Shown here piece by piece: positions 59,178 through 64,000 of a stretch of 64,000 nucleotides of DNA. The translations under genes and the position numbers were made by a program. The DNA comes from Myxococcota bacterium (GTDB lineage Bacteria; Myxococcota_A; Polyangia; Nannocystales; Nannocystaceae), in assembly GCA_039028615.1 (NCBI GenBank), contig JBCCHT010000028.1, positions 32,001 to 96,000 of the forward strand. The letters are read 5' to 3'. The notes under the pieces were generated by a model, which ran no database searches, had not been told where the DNA came from, and was given only the letters and a program-made list of their open reading frames with translations. The first letter of the stretch is position 1. Each line of letters starts with the position of its first letter.

Positions 59178-60923
59178 TCAGGGGCCGGCCTCGGCCCAAG
59201 CTGCCTGCACCCGCAACCGCCCCTTCGCCCGAGAAAGCTCGCAGACCAGTCGATGCTCTCGGTGCAGCACGTCGTGCACCGCCACCACCAACCGAGCGTG
59301 CGATGCTTCGCCGTAGTCGTGGGCCGGGCTTCGAGTCGGCAGCTGTCGGCCTCGCGCGAAACGACCCATCACCGCGTCGATCGGGCCGGGCTCGGCGGCA
59401 TCCCAGGTCACCGTCCAGCGTTCGGCCAGGGCCAGCGGCTCGGCGACGGCGGCCTCGACCAGCGCCTCTGGAAGCCAGCGCGAGGTGGGATAGCCGACCG
59501 CGGCGAGCTCGACCTCGAAGGTCCCCGCTTCGGTCTCGTGCAGCTCGATCGCGACGCGAGCTCGCTCAGCGAAGGCCTGCTCGGGGCGCGCATCATTGCG
59601 GGCATCGAAGAGCGCCCGCTGGAGCACCAGCTGGATCGGAGCCTCCGACCCGAGCGCGCCAGGGTCCTCCCCCACCCTCGTCCGTGCGCCCTCGGGCTCG
59701 ACCGGCACTTCGACTCGCCAGCTCCATGCCGCGGCCGCGCCCTCGTCCTTCGCTCCCAGGCTCTGCTCGATCCTTGGTTCGACCCGAAGCGCGGGCGCGG
59801 ATGCTCCGGCCATCGTCGCCCACGCCTCGCGAACGACCCGCTCGGGCTCGCCGCCCGCCTCCTGCACCCGCGCCTGCCAAGCACGGCGCTCGTCGTCGGC
59901 CACTCCGAAGATCTGGAGGTCCCGCCGTCGCGTTCCGGCCAACAGCCGCCCCGTCGCGATGTGGATCGCCGCCCGCCCCGTGTCGCAGGCGATGCAGCGC
60001 CGCCCCAGCGACTCGGCCACCTGAAGCGTCGTCCCCGAGCCCCCGAACGCATCGAGCACCACGTCGCCGGGGTTCGACGACGCTTCGATGATCCGCTCGA
60101 GCAAGCTCTCGTTCTTCTGCGTCGCGTAGCCCGTCTTCTCGGTGGAGAAGCTCTTGATCTGGATCGAGTCCAGAGAGTCGTGTCCACGAAGCGCCAGCTC
60201 GGCATCCCCCGCGTTCCAGACATCGTCCAGCGGCACGCCCTTGCCCTTGGGCGGCGAGCCGTCCCGGCGACGGTAGCCCGGCGGGTGCGGGATGTAGTGC
60301 TTGTTGAAGGTGAAGCGGCTCGGGTCTTTGACGTAAAAGAAGATGAGGTCGTGGTTGCGGATCCAGTTGCGGGCCCGGGTCTTGAATCCAGAGACCCAGC
60401 CGATCCGCCACACGATTTCCCGCTGGAAACACCCCGGGCCGAAGATCTCGTCGAGCAGCAGCTTCACCGCGTGCCCCACCGTGGGGTCGACGTGCACGTA
60501 GAGACTGCCGTGCGGCGCGAGCAGCTCGTGCATCAACCGCAGCCGCGGGTCGAGCATCGCGAGCAGGCCGGCCGTGCCCCCGGGCCATGCATCGGTATAG
60601 GCGGGCTGCCGGAGCTTGGGGCCGTCGCTGCCGACGGCGGTGACCACCTCGAAGCGCCCTCCGGTGGCAAAGGGGGGATCGATGTAGACGAGATCCACGG
60701 TCCCCGCGTGGTCGCGGGCCAGGGCATCGAGGGACAGCAGGTTGTCGCCCTCGATGAGCCAATGCGGCGGCAAGGCGTCGCCCTCGGGCTCGGCCGACTC
60801 GACGGGCTCCGTCGCGGGATAGATCGCGTACGGTCGCAGCTGAGCGCCCGGCCGCGGCACGGGGCTCCGACGGCCGTGCTCGTCGTACTTGCCGGGCCAG
60901 CGCAGCTCGATGCCGTCGCTCAT
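59178..60923 (-). CDS. Site-specific DNA methyltransferase (beta-class, type III Mod-like)
   Basis: ELRWPGK, IEGDNL, YIDPPF, YATQKNE.LLERII, DAFGGSGTT. Confidence 0.9.
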   Translation of the reverse strand: MSDGIELRWPGKYDEHGRRSPVPRPGAQLRPYAIYPATEPVESAEPEGDALPPHWLIEGDNLLSLDALARDHAGTVDLVYIDPPFATGGRFEVVTAVGSDGPKLRQPAYTDAWPGGTAGLLAMLDPRLRLMHELLAPHGSLYVHVDPTVGHAVKLLLDEIFGPGCFQREIVWRIGWVSGFKTRARNWIRNHDLIFFYVKDPSRFTFNKHYIPHPPGYRRRDGSPPKGKGVPLDDVWNAGDAELALRGHDSLDSIQIKSFSTEKTGYATQKNESLLERIIEASSNPGDVVLDAFGGSGTTLQVAESLGRRCIACDTGRAAIHIATGRLLAGTRRRDLQIFGVADDERRAWQARVQEAGGEPERVVREAWATMAGASAPALRVEPRIEQSLGAKDEGAAAAWSWRVEVPVEPEGARTRVGEDPGALGSEAPIQLVLQRALFDARNDARPEQAFAERARVAIELHETEAGTFEVELAAVGYPTSRWLPEALVEAAVAEPLALAERWTVTWDAAEPGPIDAVMGRFARGRQLPTRSPAHDYGEASHARLVVAVHDVLHREHRLVCELSRAKGRLRVQAAWAEAGP

Positions 60924-61288
60924 GGAGCGGGCTGTGCTGCCGACTCAGACTCGGTCTTGCCCGGGAGGCTCCGAACGTAGGCCGTGAACACCTGGAGCGT
61001 GGCCTCGGTGAAGCGATCGCCGAAGCCGGGCATCTGGCCCTTGCCGCCCCGGATCACGCCCTTGATCGTCTCGTCGCTGAGCTTTTCGATGTTGGCCGCC
61101 ACGGCGAAGCTCGACGCGGTGGGAGCTTCTTTGGTGGGGACGCCGTCCGTGCCGTGGCAACGAGCGCAGTACTGGTTGAACAGGCGCTCGCCTTCGATCG
61201 ACTGCTCGGGCCCCGTGGGCTGGGCGCAGCCCGCCAACGTCAACGCGGGAACGAGCAGCAATGGAGCGCAGCGGCGCGGCATGCCCAT
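60920..61288 (-). CDS. Class I c-type cytochrome lipoprotein
   Basis: LAGC lipobox, CARCH, GQMPGF (axial Met). Confidence 0.88.
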   Translation of the reverse strand: MGMPRRCAPLLLVPALTLAGCAQPTGPEQSIEGERLFNQYCARCHGTDGVPTKEAPTASSFAVAANIEKLSDETIKGVIRGGKGQMPGFGDRFTEATLQVFTAYVRSLPGKTESESAAQPAP

Positions 61289-61355
61289 CGTTTAGCAGCC
61301 CACGGTCGTCCCCGTCGAGGGACCCGCCCGGCCGCTCACGCACGAACCCGAGGGA

Positions 61356-62282
61356 TCAGCGCGGGAACAAATCGAGACCCTCGCCACCGTGGGGCGGAGC
61401 AGAGGCGCCTCCACCCGAGGGCGGTGGCACCGGGCTGACCTCGGCGGGCGGGGGTGGTGTTTCCGCCGTGGGCTCGGCGGGCTCGGGTGCAGCTTCGGCC
61501 GACTCGGCGGCGGCGGCTTCGGCTTCCGCTGCGGCGGCCTCGGCTGCGGCTGCTTCGGCGGCGGCCGCTTCTTCTGCCGCGGCTGCCTCGGCCGCGGCGG
61601 CTTCCTCGGCCGCCTTGGATTCCTCGGCCTCGAGCAGCTGGCGCTCGCGCTCGTCGAGCATGATGAAGCCCTCTTCATCGACCAACGCGCCCTGCGGCGG
61701 GATGTACTGACCGTCGGGCGTGTTGAGACCGAGGCGAACGGCCAAGCTGTCGTTGTAGATGTCGACGGCTTCTGCGTAGCCGCGCTTGGTCTTGCCGTAG
61801 AAGATGCCGGAGGTGATGCCGAAGCCCACCGTGGCCAAGCCACCACCGAGCAGCAGTGCCCCGGTGCCGTTGATCTCCTGCAGGTCGAGACCCTCGCGGG
61901 CGGAGGCGGCCGTGCCCGCGATGGACAAGATGCCGGCGATGACCGTCAGCGCGGTGAAGACCCGAGACACACGAAGCGGGCGGGTCGGCAACGCAGCGGC
62001 CGAGCTGGCGTCCGAGCGCAGGATCGCGTCGAGCGACTGCCAGCTGCGCTTGGTCGCCATGACGCTGGTGCCCTTGGTGTAGCGGATCCCTTGCGGCTCT
62101 TCGTGCCGGTAGATCGCGTTGTCGGCAAATGCCTGTTCGCGCACCTCTCGGTCCGCGTGGGTTTCCAGCTTCTCGAAGTCGGTGGGCCGCAGCTGCGGGG
62201 TGAGGGACATGCATCCACTCCCCACCGCCATTGCGGAAAGCAGGGCGCACGCCCGCCAGTGACTCCGAATTCGGTGCTTCAC
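61356..62282 (-). CDS. Hypothetical lipoprotein with two hydrophobic helices and an Ala/Glu-rich tail
   Basis: VGSGC lipobox, YAEAVDIYN, (EAAAA)n and Pro-rich C-terminus. Confidence 0.7.
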   Translation of the reverse strand: MKHRIRSHWRACALLSAMAVGSGCMSLTPQLRPTDFEKLETHADREVREQAFADNAIYRHEEPQGIRYTKGTSVMATKRSWQSLDAILRSDASSAAALPTRPLRVSRVFTALTVIAGILSIAGTAASAREGLDLQEINGTGALLLGGGLATVGFGITSGIFYGKTKRGYAEAVDIYNDSLAVRLGLNTPDGQYIPPQGALVDEEGFIMLDERERQLLEAEESKAAEEAAAAEAAAAEEAAAAEAAAAEAAAAEAEAAAAESAEAAPEPAEPTAETPPPPAEVSPVPPPSGGGASAPPHGGEGLDLFPR

Positions 62283-62355
62283 CGATGACGACCGTAGCAC
62301 GTTCACAATGCCCCCAGGGATGGCCTGTCCCCCCAACGAGGGCCCTGCGAGCGCC

Positions 62356-63654
62356 TTACACCCGAGGCTGCGCCCAGGTGCTCACGACCTCGACAACGGG
62401 GGGCACGGGGCCGTCCGCGACCTTCTTACGCAGCCGGGCGACCCTTCGCTCGCATGGCGTGACTGACGCCGATGCAACCGCGAGGGCCGCCGCTGGGGCC
62501 CGAGCCTTGTGTTCGAGGTGCTTGGCGAGAGCTTCGTGGGCCTCGGGGTGCCCCGGCACACGGCGGCACACCTGCGCCCAATAGCGGGCCGCGAGGTCGT
62601 GCCGTCCGGCCCGACGCTCGATCTCGGCCGCCAGCAGGCCAGCGCCGACCGGAGTCTCCCAGCCCTTGCCCGGCGTCGTGCTGCGCGCCAGCCGGGCCAG
62701 CAGCGGCTCGAGCAAGGCGACGGCGGCGGGCATCCGCTCGAGCCGATGGTGATGCCGCGCCGCCCGGAGCCGCTCGACGTCGTCGACGGGATCGGCCAGC
62801 CGTCGGTGCATGGTGTGGGCCAGCGCGGTGAGACTGAGGACGTCGATCCGGTTGTGGCGCTGCACCTTGGCGAGATCGGCCGCGGCCGCCTCGTCGGGCT
62901 CTTCGAGCCACCGCCACAGGAGCTCGACGACCTCGGCTCCGCCCACGTCGCCTTCGCGGTGCATCGCCAGCTGCCGCGCCTCGAGGGTGCCCAGCCGGCA
63001 ATCGGGGCCACGATCTCGCCACAGCCGCCGCGCGGGGTGCAGCAGATCGACATGCGGTGCTCGCAGGGGATCTTCGGTCGCCCGGTAGATCGCGTGCCGG
63101 ATCATCCGTCGCCGCAGCAGGGGGAGATCGAAGCTGGCCCCGTTGAAGCTGACGAAGGAGGTCCGCGGCCCCACGCGATCGCGGAGGGTGGCGTCGATGT
63201 CGGCGAGCATGGCCCCTTCGGCCCCGACGCGGTGCAGGCTCCACTGCTCGAAGTGCAGACAGTCGGGCGCCACGTGCCAGGCCGCCCCCACCACGCACAC
63301 GAGCGCCCCCGACTGACCCATCAGCCCCGTCGTCTCGAGATCGATCATGACCGCGGGGACCTCGGGGTCGAGCCCGGCGCGGGGCATCACCGCCAAGTCG
63401 GCCAGGGCATCGGCGAGCGCGGGGGCGGTGGGCAGCTCGAGGCCCGCCAGGTCCTTGGCGACGGCGGCGGGGCGACGCTGCCGAGCGCCGACGGGCACGT
63501 CGACGGCGTCGCGAACGAAGCCCTCCTGCCCCGTCGGTCGCGTGCGAGCGGCCTTGTTGCGGAGAGGAGGTTTGCGCAGCGGAGGCTTGCGGAGCTTCTT
63601 CTTCTTGGGCTCGCCAGCGTCGGCCCGGTGGGCCAGGCGACGGGCGAGGCTCAT
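62356..63654 (-). CDS. mrfB: YprB/MrfB-like RNase H-fold (DEDD) exonuclease with TPR
   Basis: IDLETTGL, FNGASFDLP, HVDLLH, HNRIDVLSL, ALAKHLEH. Confidence 0.85.
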   Translation of the reverse strand: MSLARRLAHRADAGEPKKKKLRKPPLRKPPLRNKAARTRPTGQEGFVRDAVDVPVGARQRRPAAVAKDLAGLELPTAPALADALADLAVMPRAGLDPEVPAVMIDLETTGLMGQSGALVCVVGAAWHVAPDCLHFEQWSLHRVGAEGAMLADIDATLRDRVGPRTSFVSFNGASFDLPLLRRRMIRHAIYRATEDPLRAPHVDLLHPARRLWRDRGPDCRLGTLEARQLAMHREGDVGGAEVVELLWRWLEEPDEAAAADLAKVQRHNRIDVLSLTALAHTMHRRLADPVDDVERLRAARHHHRLERMPAAVALLEPLLARLARSTTPGKGWETPVGAGLLAAEIERRAGRHDLAARYWAQVCRRVPGHPEAHEALAKHLEHKARAPAAALAVASASVTPCERRVARLRKKVADGPVPPVVEVVSTWAQPRV

Positions 63655-64000
63655 GCCGGGCCCCGCTGCTCGCCCTCGGTCGCGGCCGCGGTGCGGCGCA
63701 GCGCCCGAAGCACGGTCACCACGTCACTACGCTCGACGCCATACTGCTCGGCGGCTTCGGTGGAGGGACCCATACAGGTGGGACAACCTTGCCCGCAGTC
63801 GCAGCCGGTGACCACCGCGATCACGCGATCGAAGAACATCGTGCCCATGGTGAAGGCATGGACGGCCAGGCCGGCCCCGCCGGGGTTGCGGTCGATCAGG
63901 ACGATGTGAGGTACGCCTCCGGCTTCGATCTCGGCCAGAGCGTCCGGGCCATGGCCGCCGTCGAGAGCGATCCCCCACGCCCCCGGGTGCCCGGAGGTCA
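63651..64000 (-). CDS. mrfA: C-terminus of a DUF1998 DEAD/DEAH helicase (YprA/MrfA-like), partial
   Basis: Frame open to the window edge: PHIVLIDRNPGGAGL...CDCGQGCPTC; ATGA overlap with mrfB. Confidence 0.85.
   Translation of the reverse strand, partial: TSGHPGAWGIALDGGHGPDALAEIEAGGVPHIVLIDRNPGGAGLAVHAFTMGTMFFDRVIAVVTGCDCGQGCPTCMGPSTEAAEQYGVERSDVVTVLRALRRTAAATEGEQRGPA

Noticed and set aside
61500..61625. GCG/GCC-rich tandem-like DNA repeat
   Set aside because: Encodes the (EAAAA)n linker of a lipoprotein; not an independent element.
59178..64000. DISARM or Druantia defence island
   Set aside because: The DUF1998 gene is paired with YprB, the intervening genes are a lipoprotein and a cytochrome, and no drmA/C/D is seen in the window.

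Overview
High-GC (roughly 70% by eye), densely coding chromosomal window that looks myxobacterial (Nannocystaceae-like, inferred from three Hanks-type Ser/Thr kinases, two of them with TPRs, an ECF sigma factor next to one kinase, Cys-rich repeat lipoproteins and many lipoproteins). I found no rRNA, tRNA, CRISPR array, integrase or transposase. About 54 CDS are supportable. They include fadN-fadA, a eukaryote/Bacteroidetes-type carAB, fhs, mmuM, an ABC-F ATPase, an orphan type III Mod-like DNA methyltransferase and mrfA/mrfB (yprA/yprB). Most interesting: (1) a deacetylase - SGNH - NodU-type carbamoyltransferase - fused SxtJ/SxtK-like protein - GT-C-like membrane protein cluster facing carAB, in which the small protein ends in a DltX-like Tyr-x-x-Phe tail, suggesting a carbamoyl relay for glycan modification; (2) a DUF4178 x2 - GGYHGGK micro-protein - DUF350 - membrane-fused SpeE operon whose usual FAD-oxidoreductase partner lies 21 kb away, coupled to a His-rich membrane protein and mmuM; (3) a lipoprotein closely resembling Pseudomonas mendocina cutinase; (4) an orphan 85-aa Cys/acidic micro-protein; (5) a large palindromic repeat element. 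Family assignments come from recognising motifs by eye, not from database searches.
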